Shown here: positions 1 through 9,686 of the stretch, in pieces | Layout of the letters: each line of letters starts with the position of its first letter | Numbering within the stretch: the stretch's first letter is position 1 | Origin: an uncultured Methanobrevibacter sp. | Lineage (GTDB): Archaea > Methanobacteriota > Methanobacteria > Methanobacteriales > Methanobacteriaceae | Direction: 5' to 3' (one strand) | Length of the DNA: 64,000 nt | Assembly (NCBI RefSeq): GCF_900317865.1 | Contig: NZ_ONIK01000001.1 | The notes under the pieces: model-generated | Database searches by the model: none | The model's input: the letters and a program-made list of their open reading frames with translations, nothing else | What the model was told of the DNA's origin: nothing | Made by a program: the position numbers and the translations under genes

Positions 1-417
1 AAAAGTTTAGGTTATAGTGTTGAAGATATAGGAAAAGATAATTTAAAATTAGATAATTTAAATTTAGATGAAATATCAAACAGCTATGATATTGGTATTG
101 AAACTCTAAAAGATATTATTCATGAACTTAAAAAACCTGGCCGTGACCCCCGTGATGATATGCCAAAACCGAAATTAAGAAAAAATGTTTTATCTATTGA
201 AGATTTAGAGGAAGGTATGATTTTAGAAGGTACTGTTAGAAATATTGTTGATTTTGGTGCTTTTGTTGACATTGGAGTCCATCAGGATGGTTTAATCCAT
301 AAATCTCAACTAGCCAACAAATTTGTTAAACACCCATTGGATATTGTAAGCGTCGGTGAAATCGTTAATGTTAAAGTTTTGGATGTTGATATTTCTAGAA
401 AAAGAATACATACCATA
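1..417 (+). CDS. Tex-like transcription accessory protein, C-terminal end (S1 RNA-binding domain). The 5' part lies outside the window. No stop codon before the next gene.
   Basis: Frame 1 is open from base 1. Translation ...HELKKPGRDPRDDMPKPKLRKNVLSIEDLEEGMILEGTVRNIVDFGAFVDIGVHQDGLIHKSQLANKFVKHP...VNVKVLDVDISRKRI matches the canonical Tex C-terminus/S1 fold. Confidence 0.75.
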
Positions 418-1929
418 ATGAAAAAAACAAATTTAAACCTAAAAAATCAATATTATATATTAATTTATTTAGCTATTCTAGTTATATTTACATTGTGCTT
501 TTTAACAAAAAAAGATTATTCATCTCCTTTTTTTGAAATAGCTATGTTAATATTGGTTTTTATCATTGGGGCTTTTTGTTTATATTATTACATGAAAAAT
601 GAAGATAATCTTCATAAGGTTGCATTTATTATAATACTGCTTTTTGGAATTACCTGTGTTTTTATTTCTCCAATTAATGATATATCAGACGAACAGGAAC
701 ATTTCATCAGATCTGAGATAGTGTCAACAGGACAGATTTCAACTGATTATATTTTAATTCCAAATACAACTGCACACGGCTACCTAACAATAAAATCATT
801 AACTGATTTTTGTAATAGTTCAGGATTAAACGTTTTTAACACGAAAGTAGATGATGTAAAAATTGATTATACCCCATCGTATTTTAACTCAGCATTTTCC
901 CAAAATCCATTTTACTCTTATCTTCCACAGGCTATAGGAATATTTCTTGCAAAATTATTGGATTTGAATGCTATTTGGATGTTATGGCTTGGAAGATTAT
1001 TTAATTTAATATTATATGCAGGCATCATTTCTTTAGCAATACGCAAAACTCCTATATTGAAGTTTCCAATGCTGATAGTCTCCATTCTACCGTTAGCAAT
1101 ATATCAGGCCGCTTCATTAAGTGTCGATGGAATGTTTTCATCCCTGGCAATACTTGCATTTGCTTACTTTTTATATTTCTATAAAACTCCAAAAATCAAA
1201 TGGGGTGATTTGGCGATTTTTTATATTGCAATAATATTATCCGGACTATTGAAATCCCCATTCCTGGCTTTAAGTTTATTAATATTTTTAGTTCCAAACA
1301 ATCATTTTGAAAATAAAACTCAAAATATAATATCAAAACTAGCTATTTTACCTACATTTGCTATCGGATTTGCCTGGAGCAGTTATGCAACAAGTGTATT
1401 GGCGAATTCATGGAGAGGAGAATATTTTATAAATAGTCATGTTAATAGTACACAACAGGCTAACAATTTAATAAATCATCCGAAATTCGCTTTTGAAAGA
1501 TTTTTAAATGTGTTTACTCAATTTCCTATTATTGTGGATCGATTTTTCTACTTCTCAAATGATGTTCGTCAGTATTCATCAACTTTAATGGCTACACTTT
1601 ATGCAATATTTTTCATTGTATTTTCATTAATATATCCTTTAGATGAAAAATTTAATATAAAAACTAGAATTGAAGGATTTTTAATAGGATTTTTAATATA
1701 TATCGGTGTTATTGGTGTTCAATATTTAACATGGGCTAAAGTTGGTGCTGAAAGTGTTGTTAATGGAGTATTCGCAAGATATTTCATGCCATTATTAATC
1801 TTCGTTCCGTTTATTATAAATACGGATTTATTTGAATATGATAAAGAGAAATTATCCCTATTATTCCTAACAATAGCTATGGGATTTATTGGTGGAATGA
1901 TAATGCTTACTGCGATTGTGAAATACTAA
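418..1929 (+). CDS. Polytopic membrane protein, DUF2142/GT-C-like putative glycosyltransferase, paralog 1
   Basis: ATG at 418 gives an N-terminus like the paralogs. Many TM helices. First-loop motif DEQEHFIRSE. Conserved block FSQNPFYSYLPQAIGIFLAKLLDLNAIWMLWLGRLFNL shared with ORFs at 2016, 3516 and 5838. Confidence 0.7.
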   Translation: MKKTNLNLKNQYYILIYLAILVIFTLCFLTKKDYSSPFFEIAMLILVFIIGAFCLYYYMKNEDNLHKVAFIIILLFGITCVFISPINDISDEQEHFIRSEIVSTGQISTDYILIPNTTAHGYLTIKSLTDFCNSSGLNVFNTKVDDVKIDYTPSYFNSAFSQNPFYSYLPQAIGIFLAKLLDLNAIWMLWLGRLFNLILYAGIISLAIRKTPILKFPMLIVSILPLAIYQAASLSVDGMFSSLAILAFAYFLYFYKTPKIKWGDLAIFYIAIILSGLLKSPFLALSLLIFLVPNNHFENKTQNIISKLAILPTFAIGFAWSSYATSVLANSWRGEYFINSHVNSTQQANNLINHPKFAFERFLNVFTQFPIIVDRFFYFSNDVRQYSSTLMATLYAIFFIVFSLIYPLDEKFNIKTRIEGFLIGFLIYIGVIGVQYLTWAKVGAESVVNGVFARYFMPLLIFVPFIINTDLFEYDKEKLSLLFLTIAMGFIGGMIMLTAIVKY

Positions 1930-2015
1930 ACAAACCCACCTGCATTTAATTGAAAATTATTCTTTAATGTTATTAATTCCCATGTTCATTATTATTTGAC
2001 TTTTGATATGATAAT

Positions 2016-3449
2016 TTAGTAAAATAACACACCAACAAAGACTAAATTAAATATTAAAAAAATTATAACTGACATAATAGTTATCAAATCTATATTTCTG
2101 ATTTTTTTATCATTTATATTGAAAATCAATGGTAATAACACTAAAATTGGGAAATAATATATTATGTCGATTCCTGTTTCTAAATTAATTATTCCTTTTG
2201 ATAGGGATATGACATGCAATCCTATAATCGTTATTATCAATATTACTGCAATAAATATCTTTTTATTTCTGGTTAATTGTTCTTTAATTGGATAAAATAG
2301 AATAAATAATACAATAAAAATCAAATAGGAATAGTTGAATAACATTAATGGATGATTATCAATCACGGAAAATAAATTGATTTGCATAGCTATCTGATTA
2401 GGGATTTTTATTATTGAAATTAAGGATGGGTAATCTGTAATAACAAATTTCAACTGACTAAAGCCAATGTAACTACTAAATTTTGCCCATAATAAAAGAA
2501 CTATTAATGTTAATATAATTGAAGGGATTATTGAATGATATTTATTGTTTTTGAATTTATTATGAGGTATTATTAATAGCAATAGAATTAATGATACAAA
2601 AACAGGTTGTGCCAAGGCTAAAATCAATACCAATAATGTGTAAATTAATATTTCCTTTTTTGTTATTGAAAAATCTTTAGATTTATATAAATTTAGCAAA
2701 TATGCTATTACAACTAAAGTGAAGCTATAAACAAATGCATAACCGCTGCATGTTGATGCTAAAACAATTGATGCTGGAAAACACGCCATAACAACCATAG
2801 GCATTTTTAAACAAGGCGTTTTTCTAATGGCAATACATGATAATGCGGCATATAATAATAAATTGCAAATCCTTGCAAACCAAAGCATGAAAATATTATT
2901 TAAATTTAAAATTTTTGCCAATTCAATACCAATCGCCTGAGCGACATATGAATAAAAAATGTTATCTTTAAAATCCAGGTTATATGAAACTTTTGTGTAG
3001 TTTATACTTTCATTGCCCCAATTTGTAGTAAATATAGTTTTTTCTTTAGGTAAATTGGCAGCCGAAGCAATTGTTAGATATCCGGAAGCATTGTTTTGAC
3101 TATCAATATATCCTGGAAATAAGACACCCTGTGAAGTAATTTCAGAATGTACAAATTCGCTTTTTTCATGTGCAATACTGCCCATAGGGGATAAAAATAC
3201 AAACATCAATCCAAATAATAGAATGATTATTAATGCGGTTTTATATAATTTTTTGGTATTTATATAATATGTAAATGAAATTATGCCAATCATTAAAGAA
3301 ATAATAAGTATGACTATTTCATTTAATGGAGAATTATAATTGTCTGCAGAAAATAAAGCAAATGTAGCAATTAATGTGATTATGATTAATGCAACAAAGT
3401 ATCTTTTGTATTGTAAATATTTATTAAAATCTTTCAATTTTATCTCCAT
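2016..3449 (-). CDS. DUF2142/GT-C-like polytopic membrane protein, paralog 2 (divergent loop motif)
   Basis: Same architecture and the YSYVAQAIGIELAKILNLNNIFMLWFARICNLLLY block. The loop motif reads HEKSEFVHSE instead of DExEHFxRS. Confidence 0.65.
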   Translation of the reverse strand: MEIKLKDFNKYLQYKRYFVALIIITLIATFALFSADNYNSPLNEIVILIISLMIGIISFTYYINTKKLYKTALIIILLFGLMFVFLSPMGSIAHEKSEFVHSEITSQGVLFPGYIDSQNNASGYLTIASAANLPKEKTIFTTNWGNESINYTKVSYNLDFKDNIFYSYVAQAIGIELAKILNLNNIFMLWFARICNLLLYAALSCIAIRKTPCLKMPMVVMACFPASIVLASTCSGYAFVYSFTLVVIAYLLNLYKSKDFSITKKEILIYTLLVLILALAQPVFVSLILLLLIIPHNKFKNNKYHSIIPSIILTLIVLLLWAKFSSYIGFSQLKFVITDYPSLISIIKIPNQIAMQINLFSVIDNHPLMLFNYSYLIFIVLFILFYPIKEQLTRNKKIFIAVILIITIIGLHVISLSKGIINLETGIDIIYYFPILVLLPLIFNINDKKIRNIDLITIMSVIIFLIFNLVFVGVLFY

Positions 3450-3515
3450 TAATTCATATATTCTTTATTGTTTTTTAAATTTGCCATAAATTTAAATAAA
3501 AACCATTATAAATAT

Positions 3516-5030
3516 ATGATTATGGTAAATTTAAATGTTAGCATTATTAAAGATAAAAAAAATTATTTATTAGTTTATTTTATTTTTATAGCTATTTTTT
3601 ATGCTAGTTTTTCTAATTTAGAAAATTATATGAATTTTCATTTTGAATTGGCCATACTATTGATTTTATTAATTTCTGGAATTTTCATTTTATTATATTC
3701 ATCAAATATGGAACTGTATAAGGTTAGCTTTATCATTATTCTGATATTTGGGCTGATAATGACTTTAACTACTCCAGTATTAATCGTGTGTGATGAAAGT
3801 GAGCATTTTGCCAGAAGTGATTTGACTGCACAGGGTATATTAAATCCGGAATATGTTAATGGGGGATATGGTGTTACTCATCTTTGTGATCAGTTGTTTA
3901 GTCATAGTGGAGAAACATTTTTTGATAATAATTTAATTAACGAAAAGATTGATTCTTCAATCAGCTTTTATGATAGCTGTTTTGCTCATAATCCATTTTA
4001 TGCCTATTTGATTTCGGCATTTGGTATATTTTTAGCTAAATTATTGGATTTAAATGTTATTTGGGCAATGTGGTTAGGTAGATTTTTTAATTTATTATTT
4101 TATGCTGTAGTTTGTAGTTATTCCATTAAAAAAGCTCCTGTTTATAAAATTCCATTATTTATTGTGTCATGTATTCCATTAGCTATTTATCAGGCAGCAT
4201 CTTTCAGTGCTGATTGCTTTATAATTTCGGTTTCGATTTTTTCAATAGCGCAGTTTATTTATTTATACAAATCTTCTAAAATTACAGTCTATGATTTAAG
4301 CATATTTTTTGCAAGTGTTCTTCTCATATCACTTTTTAAAGTTCCATACGTGTTGTTTAGTTTTTTTATTTTATTAATTAAAAGAGACAGATTTGATTCA
4401 AAAAATATTTTTTTATTATCAAGAATAGTTCCATTTATTCTATTGGGTATAAGTTTGGCATACACATCTTATGCTTCAGCTTTACTTCTTAACTCTGCAA
4501 GAAGAGATTATTTTATAGGAAATAATGTTAATTCTTCATTACAATTGAATAATTTATTAGATTATCCATTTAAAACTATGTTGTTAGTTTCATCTATTTT
4601 TTCTTTTACGATTGGAATGATTACTGATCTTTTTAGATTTTCCCATGCATATTGGAGTTATGAATCTCCTCTGTTATACGGTTTATTTTTTATTTTCTTT
4701 ACATTTGTTTGTCTTACATATAAAGAAAAGAATTTTTCATTTAGTAAAAAAAATAGACTATTCTTTTTTATTATAACGTTTTTAATATATTCTGCCATCA
4801 TATTGATTCAGTATTTGAGCTGGGCTCCTGTTGGTTATGGAAAATTGGACATGATTATTGGGGTTTATAGTAGATATTATATTCCGTTATTAGTATTATT
4901 CCCATTAATTTTCAAATCCGATAGATTGTCTTCAGTGATTGATATTAAAAACTATGATTTAAAAGTTATTTTATGTTCTTTGATATTCTTATCTGGAAGT
5001 ATAATACTTACTATATCTAAATTCTATTAA
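3516..5030 (+). CDS. DUF2142/GT-C-like polytopic membrane protein, paralog 3
   Basis: The ORF track starts at TTG 3468; the first ATG at 3516 is the more plausible start. Motifs DESEHFARSD and FAHNPFYAYLISAFGIFLAKLLDLNVIWAMWLGRFFNL. Confidence 0.7.
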   Translation: MIMVNLNVSIIKDKKNYLLVYFIFIAIFYASFSNLENYMNFHFELAILLILLISGIFILLYSSNMELYKVSFIIILIFGLIMTLTTPVLIVCDESEHFARSDLTAQGILNPEYVNGGYGVTHLCDQLFSHSGETFFDNNLINEKIDSSISFYDSCFAHNPFYAYLISAFGIFLAKLLDLNVIWAMWLGRFFNLLFYAVVCSYSIKKAPVYKIPLFIVSCIPLAIYQAASFSADCFIISVSIFSIAQFIYLYKSSKITVYDLSIFFASVLLISLFKVPYVLFSFFILLIKRDRFDSKNIFLLSRIVPFILLGISLAYTSYASALLLNSARRDYFIGNNVNSSLQLNNLLDYPFKTMLLVSSIFSFTIGMITDLFRFSHAYWSYESPLLYGLFFIFFTFVCLTYKEKNFSFSKKNRLFFFIITFLIYSAIILIQYLSWAPVGYGKLDMIIGVYSRYYIPLLVLFPLIFKSDRLSSVIDIKNYDLKVILCSLIFLSGSIILTISKFY

Positions 5031-5216
5031 GGATTAGTTAATATTATAGAATCCAGTGTTGTTCAAAAATGCCTTTACCGACATTAGTTTTATTAGCATT
5101 AATATTCTAAATATAAATAATGAAGAAATTAAATTAATTATAGTAACTACAATTACAATATTTTATCAAGTTCTATAATCTTTATTGATACAATGTTATA
5201 TTAGGTGTGTGATTTA

Positions 5217-5645
5217 ATGAATGATTTAATCAGAAAACTATTCGTTGACAAAACTGACAATATTTTCTTACAATTTTTTAGATTCATTTTTGTTGGTGGA
5301 ACAGCATTTATTATTGATTTTTCTATTTACATTCTATTATGCTATCTTGGCATAAATTATCTAATTGCCGCTGCAGTAGCATTTTTCATATCAGTTATTG
5401 CAAATTACATTTTATCAACATCTTGGGTATTTAATCAAAGCCAAATTGAGAATAGAGCTGTAGAATTTAATATATTTCTAGGAATAAGTATTGTGGGTTG
5501 GGTATTTACAGAGATACTTCTTTACTTATTCGTGGATATTCTTAGCCTAGGCCTTATTTTGTCAAAAATTATTGCATCATTTTTAGTTCTATTCTGGAAC
5601 TTTGGAGCACGTCGCCTAATGTTTTATGGTAAAAAATTAAATTAA
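5217..5645 (+). CDS. GtrA-family small membrane protein (putative lipid-linked sugar translocation component)
   Basis: About 140 aa with 4 TM helices. N-terminal FFRFIFVGGTAFIIDFSIY and C-terminal FWNFGARRLMF are typical of GtrA-like proteins. Confidence 0.75.
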   Translation: MNDLIRKLFVDKTDNIFLQFFRFIFVGGTAFIIDFSIYILLCYLGINYLIAAAVAFFISVIANYILSTSWVFNQSQIENRAVEFNIFLGISIVGWVFTEILLYLFVDILSLGLILSKIIASFLVLFWNFGARRLMFYGKKLN

Positions 5646-5837
5646 AAGATTTAATAAATAAAATTATTGATAGCAATTTATTTTAAAAAAAATAGTCAAA
5701 ATATTCTTTAATGAGAAAAATAATAATATTAATAACCAATATACCCGAATAAAAATTACAATACCAGTTAAATTATTAACAGTCCAATTTAAGAATATTA
5801 ATCAATTATTTATATTTAAAAAAATAAATTATAATTA

Positions 5838-7340
5838 ATGATAGACAATGAAAAAATTAAAAAACATTTTTTTAAAAATAAATTGACTTTAATTTATTTA
5901 ATCAGTTTAATGTTATATACTTTAATTATTTTTTATTGTAATGGATTTAATTACTCAAAAATTAATTTAATTTTAATTACAATAACTTTCATTGTCGGAT
6001 TTATTATTTTAAAATTCTCTTTAAAATCCGAAAAAGATATCCACAAGATTGCTTTGTTATATTTGCTGATTTTTGGTTTGATAATAGCATTTACTTCACC
6101 AATTTTTGTAGTTCCTGATGAAGTTGAACACTTTGCAAGAAGTGATTTAACATCAGAAGGAGTACTGTTTCCGCAATATACGCCTAATCAAGGATATTAT
6201 ATGAATAATTACTTTTGGGATATGCTTTATAATGCGGGATTAACCATTTTCAATGCTAATTTAACACATTGGGATATATGGGATGCGCAGGCCTTTTTTG
6301 AATCGGCATTTTCGCAAAATCTTTTTTATGGATATATTGCTCAAGCAATTGGAATACTTCTAGCTAAAATTTTAGATTTATCTGTAATATGGACTTTATG
6401 GCTGGGTAGGGTTTTTAATTTAATTTTTTATTCATTAATTGTTTATGTTTCTATAAGAAATATTCCAAAATTTAAATATGAATTATTATTTTTAGCATGC
6501 CTGCCTTTAGCTATTTTTCAAGCGGCATCAATGAGTGTTGACGGGTTTATTTTTGCAATGGCTATTTTAAACTTTTCTTATTTTATTCGTTTATATTATA
6601 GTAAAAAAGAGTTCGATCCGAAAGACCTGGCAATCTTTTTTATCAGCGGTTTATTGATAGGTCTTTTAAAGATGCCTTATATTTTTATATTGCTATTAAT
6701 CTTCCTATTACCGAAAAACAAGTTTAAATCAAAAAATTATTGCTTACTGTTGAATTTAATTTCATTACTTTTGATTGGTATTGCAATGATTTATTCATAT
6801 AAATATGCTTCACCTGAACTATTAAAAAGTGGAAGAGCTTTAATAATGGCTCAAAATAATGTATCTGTATCAGGTCAAATAAATTATATGTTAAATAATC
6901 CATTAAATGCTACTTTAACACTTATTAAAAGTGTTGGAGGTTCTATTTACACAATATTTATTTATGAATTAAAGCTTTATAGCGAAAAATATGTAAATGG
7001 TTACATTTTATTTAATTTATTAATATTAATTATATTCTTTATTGTATCATTACTTTCACCATCTAAATTTAAGAAAAAAGAAAGATTATATATGTTTTTT
7101 GTTTTCATGGTAATATATGTCAGCATTTTCCTCATACAATTTTTGAGTTGGTCACCAGTTGGTGGTAATGAAATTTTAGGTATTCAAGCAAGATATTTCG
7201 TTCCAATTTTGCCATTAATTCCATTAATTATAGGAAAAGGGTACTGTAAAAAAATTAAAGACTATAATCATATTTTATTAATGTGTATTACATTAGTTTT
7301 ATCCGCAACATTAATATTAACATTTATTGGTTTTTATTAA
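5838..7340 (+). CDS. DUF2142/GT-C-like polytopic membrane protein, paralog 4
   Basis: Motifs DEVEHFARSD and FSQNLFYGYIAQAIGILLAKILDLSVIWTLWLGRVFNL. Many TM helices. Confidence 0.7.
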   Translation: MIDNEKIKKHFFKNKLTLIYLISLMLYTLIIFYCNGFNYSKINLILITITFIVGFIILKFSLKSEKDIHKIALLYLLIFGLIIAFTSPIFVVPDEVEHFARSDLTSEGVLFPQYTPNQGYYMNNYFWDMLYNAGLTIFNANLTHWDIWDAQAFFESAFSQNLFYGYIAQAIGILLAKILDLSVIWTLWLGRVFNLIFYSLIVYVSIRNIPKFKYELLFLACLPLAIFQAASMSVDGFIFAMAILNFSYFIRLYYSKKEFDPKDLAIFFISGLLIGLLKMPYIFILLLIFLLPKNKFKSKNYCLLLNLISLLLIGIAMIYSYKYASPELLKSGRALIMAQNNVSVSGQINYMLNNPLNATLTLIKSVGGSIYTIFIYELKLYSEKYVNGYILFNLLILIIFFIVSLLSPSKFKKKERLYMFFVFMVIYVSIFLIQFLSWSPVGGNEILGIQARYFVPILPLIPLIIGKGYCKKIKDYNHILLMCITLVLSATLILTFIGFY

Positions 7341-7402
7341 AACTATTAATATATAAAAAATCATATTATTAAGTAATATTAACTTGTGATGAAGGTATTT
7401 AA

Positions 7403-8419
7403 ATGGTTCCAAAAGTGATGATTATTTTAGGCAGTAGTTCTGATATTGCTATTGCTGAAAAAAGTATGGATATTTTTGAAAAATTAGAAATTCCCTATAG
7501 TTTAAAAATTGCATCAGCACATAGAACACCAAATCTTGTTCGTGAAATTGTTAAACAAGGTACTGATGCTGGAATTGAAGTTTTCATAGGTATTGCAGGT
7601 CTTGCAGCACATTTACCTGGAGCAATAGCCGCTTATACTCCAAGACCAGTAATTGGAGTTCCTGTCGATGTTAAAACAGGAGGTATTGATGCTCTCGATT
7701 CATGTGTTCAAATGCCATATCCCTCACCTATTGCAACTGTAGGTATTGACAGGGGAGACAATGGTGCAATTCTAGCTGCTCAATTTATGGCTTTACATGA
7801 TGAAGAAATTCGTGAAAAAGTTATTAAGTTAAGAAAAGAATATGAAAAGAAAGTTTTCGACAGCAATAAAATCGTTGATACTCTTGAAGACAAAAAATAC
7901 CTTGTTAAAGATTATCTGAATGTTGAAAATTTAAAAATTGAAAAAGAGGAACTTGATATTGAGGATTCAATTGATCCAGATGCAGAAGTTGCAATTTTAG
8001 TTGGTAGGCAATCTGATTTGTTAGTTGCTAAAAAAGTAAGTGCTACACTAGATAGACTTAAAATAACCTATAATATGAAAGTAATATGTCCAATCAGGTC
8101 AAATGGAAAATTCAAAAGTTATGTTGCTTCTGTCAAAAACTCCAAGGTATTTATTGGAATCAGCGCAAATTCATCACAGGTTACAGGTGCTTTGGTTGGC
8201 CTTACTGACAGACCTGTTATTGGTGTTCCATGTGAAAATGAACTTGGAAGAGAACATATTCTTACAACAGTGAATATGCCACCGGGAGTTCCTGTGGCTA
8301 CAGTAGGTATTAACAATGGAAGAAATGCAGGAGTTTTGGCTGGTGAAATACTTTCAATTAAAGATACTAATACTATTGAAATTTTAACTAAATTAAAAGA
8401 TAAAAAGATTAATTTGTAG
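7403..8419 (+). CDS. purE: Tandem two-module PurE (N5-CAIR mutase / AIR carboxylase family)
   Basis: Module 1: [11 protein letters not shown]...[10 protein letters not shown]...[11 protein letters not shown]...PVIGVP. Module 2 repeats the fold ([12 protein letters not shown]...[13 protein letters not shown]...PVIGVP) but lacks the SAHRTP motif. Confidence 0.85.
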   Translation: MVPKVMIILGSSSDIAIAEKSMDIFEKLEIPYSLKIASAHRTPNLVREIVKQGTDAGIEVFIGIAGLAAHLPGAIAAYTPRPVIGVPVDVKTGGIDALDSCVQMPYPSPIATVGIDRGDNGAILAAQFMALHDEEIREKVIKLRKEYEKKVFDSNKIVDTLEDKKYLVKDYLNVENLKIEKEELDIEDSIDPDAEVAILVGRQSDLLVAKKVSATLDRLKITYNMKVICPIRSNGKFKSYVASVKNSKVFIGISANSSQVTGALVGLTDRPVIGVPCENELGREHILTTVNMPPGVPVATVGINNGRNAGVLAGEILSIKDTNTIEILTKLKDKKINL

Positions 8420-8427
8420 GGATTAAA

Positions 8428-9684
8428 ATGAATATTGAAGATGAAAACATTATTGAAATTACGGAAGAATTATCATCCGAATTTGAAGTGGCTCGTGTTT
8501 TAAGGGATTATCCTAAAGATACAGTTATTATTAAAAACGTTAAAGGATATGATATACCTATTATTTCCGGTATTTGTAATACACGTGAAAAAATAGCTAA
8601 ATCAATTAACTGCGAAGTATCTGAAATTACTGAAAAAATTATCGAAGCTAGCGACAATCCTATTAAAGTTGACAAATTCAGTGACTTTAGTGAATATGAT
8701 AATTTAGAAATCGATTTAGATAAAATACCAATATTAACTCATTATAAAAGAGATGGTGGTAAATACATCACGGCTGGTGTCGTTTTTGCACGTGACCCTG
8801 TAAGCGGTATTCAAAATGCATCAATCCATAGAATGATGGTACTAGATAATAAAAGACTTGTTATCAGGATTGTTCCAAGAAACCTTTACACTTACTTCCA
8901 GAATGCTCAAAAAGAAGGAAAAGACTTGGATATAGCAATAGCTATTGGAATTGATCCTGCAATTTTGCTTGCAAGTACAACTTCAATCCCTATTGATTAT
9001 AATGAAATGGATGTTGCCAATGCATTTAAAGATGGCCAGTTAACATTGATTAAATGCGGTGATTTAGAAGTTCCAGAAGCAGATATTATTTTAGAAGGTA
9101 AAATTTCTGTAACGGAAACTGTTAGAGAAGGTCCATTTGTAGATTTAACTGACACTTATGATATTATTCGTGACCAGCCAGTAATTAACCTGGAAAAAAT
9201 GCATATTAAAAAGGATAATCCATGTTATCATGCAATTATTCCTGCAGGATTTGAACATAAGTTATTACAAGGTCTTCCTCAGGAACCTAGAATATTTAAA
9301 TCCGTTAAAAATGCAGTTCCTACAGTTGAAAATGTTGTTTTAACTGAAGGAGGATGCTGCTGGTTACATGCGGCTGTTTCCATTAAAAAACAAACTGAAG
9401 GAGATGGTAAAAATGCTATTATGGCCGCATTATCTGCTCACCCATCACTTAAACATTGTGTTGTTGTAGACACTGATGTTAACGTATTTGACGCTGAAGA
9501 TGTTGAGTATGCAATAGCTACCCGTGTAAAAGGTGACAGAGACATTATGATTGTTCCTAATGTACGTGGTTCATCCCTTGATCCTGTTGCTGAAAGTGAT
9601 GGTACTACAACCAAAATTGGTGTTGACGCAACAAAATCATTAAAAACATTAGAAAAATTCGAAAGAGTTAGTTTTGGGGAATAA
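8428..9684 (+). CDS. UbiD-family (prenylated-FMN-dependent) decarboxylase
   Basis: [30 protein letters not shown]...[11 protein letters not shown] and a C-terminal UbiD-like region. Confidence 0.8.
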   Translation: MNIEDENIIEITEELSSEFEVARVLRDYPKDTVIIKNVKGYDIPIISGICNTREKIAKSINCEVSEITEKIIEASDNPIKVDKFSDFSEYDNLEIDLDKIPILTHYKRDGGKYITAGVVFARDPVSGIQNASIHRMMVLDNKRLVIRIVPRNLYTYFQNAQKEGKDLDIAIAIGIDPAILLASTTSIPIDYNEMDVANAFKDGQLTLIKCGDLEVPEADIILEGKISVTETVREGPFVDLTDTYDIIRDQPVINLEKMHIKKDNPCYHAIIPAGFEHKLLQGLPQEPRIFKSVKNAVPTVENVVLTEGGCCWLHAAVSIKKQTEGDGKNAIMAALSAHPSLKHCVVVDTDVNVFDAEDVEYAIATRVKGDRDIMIVPNVRGSSLDPVAESDGTTTKIGVDATKSLKTLEKFERVSFGE

Positions 9685-9686
9685 AC

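Noticed and set aside
160-1929. 589-aa ORF from the track, taken as one gene starting at ATG 160.
   Set aside because: The frame is open from base 1 and the N-terminal part is the end of a Tex-like gene. ATG 160 is internal to Tex. The membrane protein most plausibly starts at ATG 418. It is treated as two features, and the missing stop is reported as a finding.
8119-8316. 65-aa antisense ORF in purE.
   Set aside because: It is antisense to a conserved coding region. It is Gly/Pro/Thr-rich, typical of a reverse-complement reading of a Gly/Val-rich protein.
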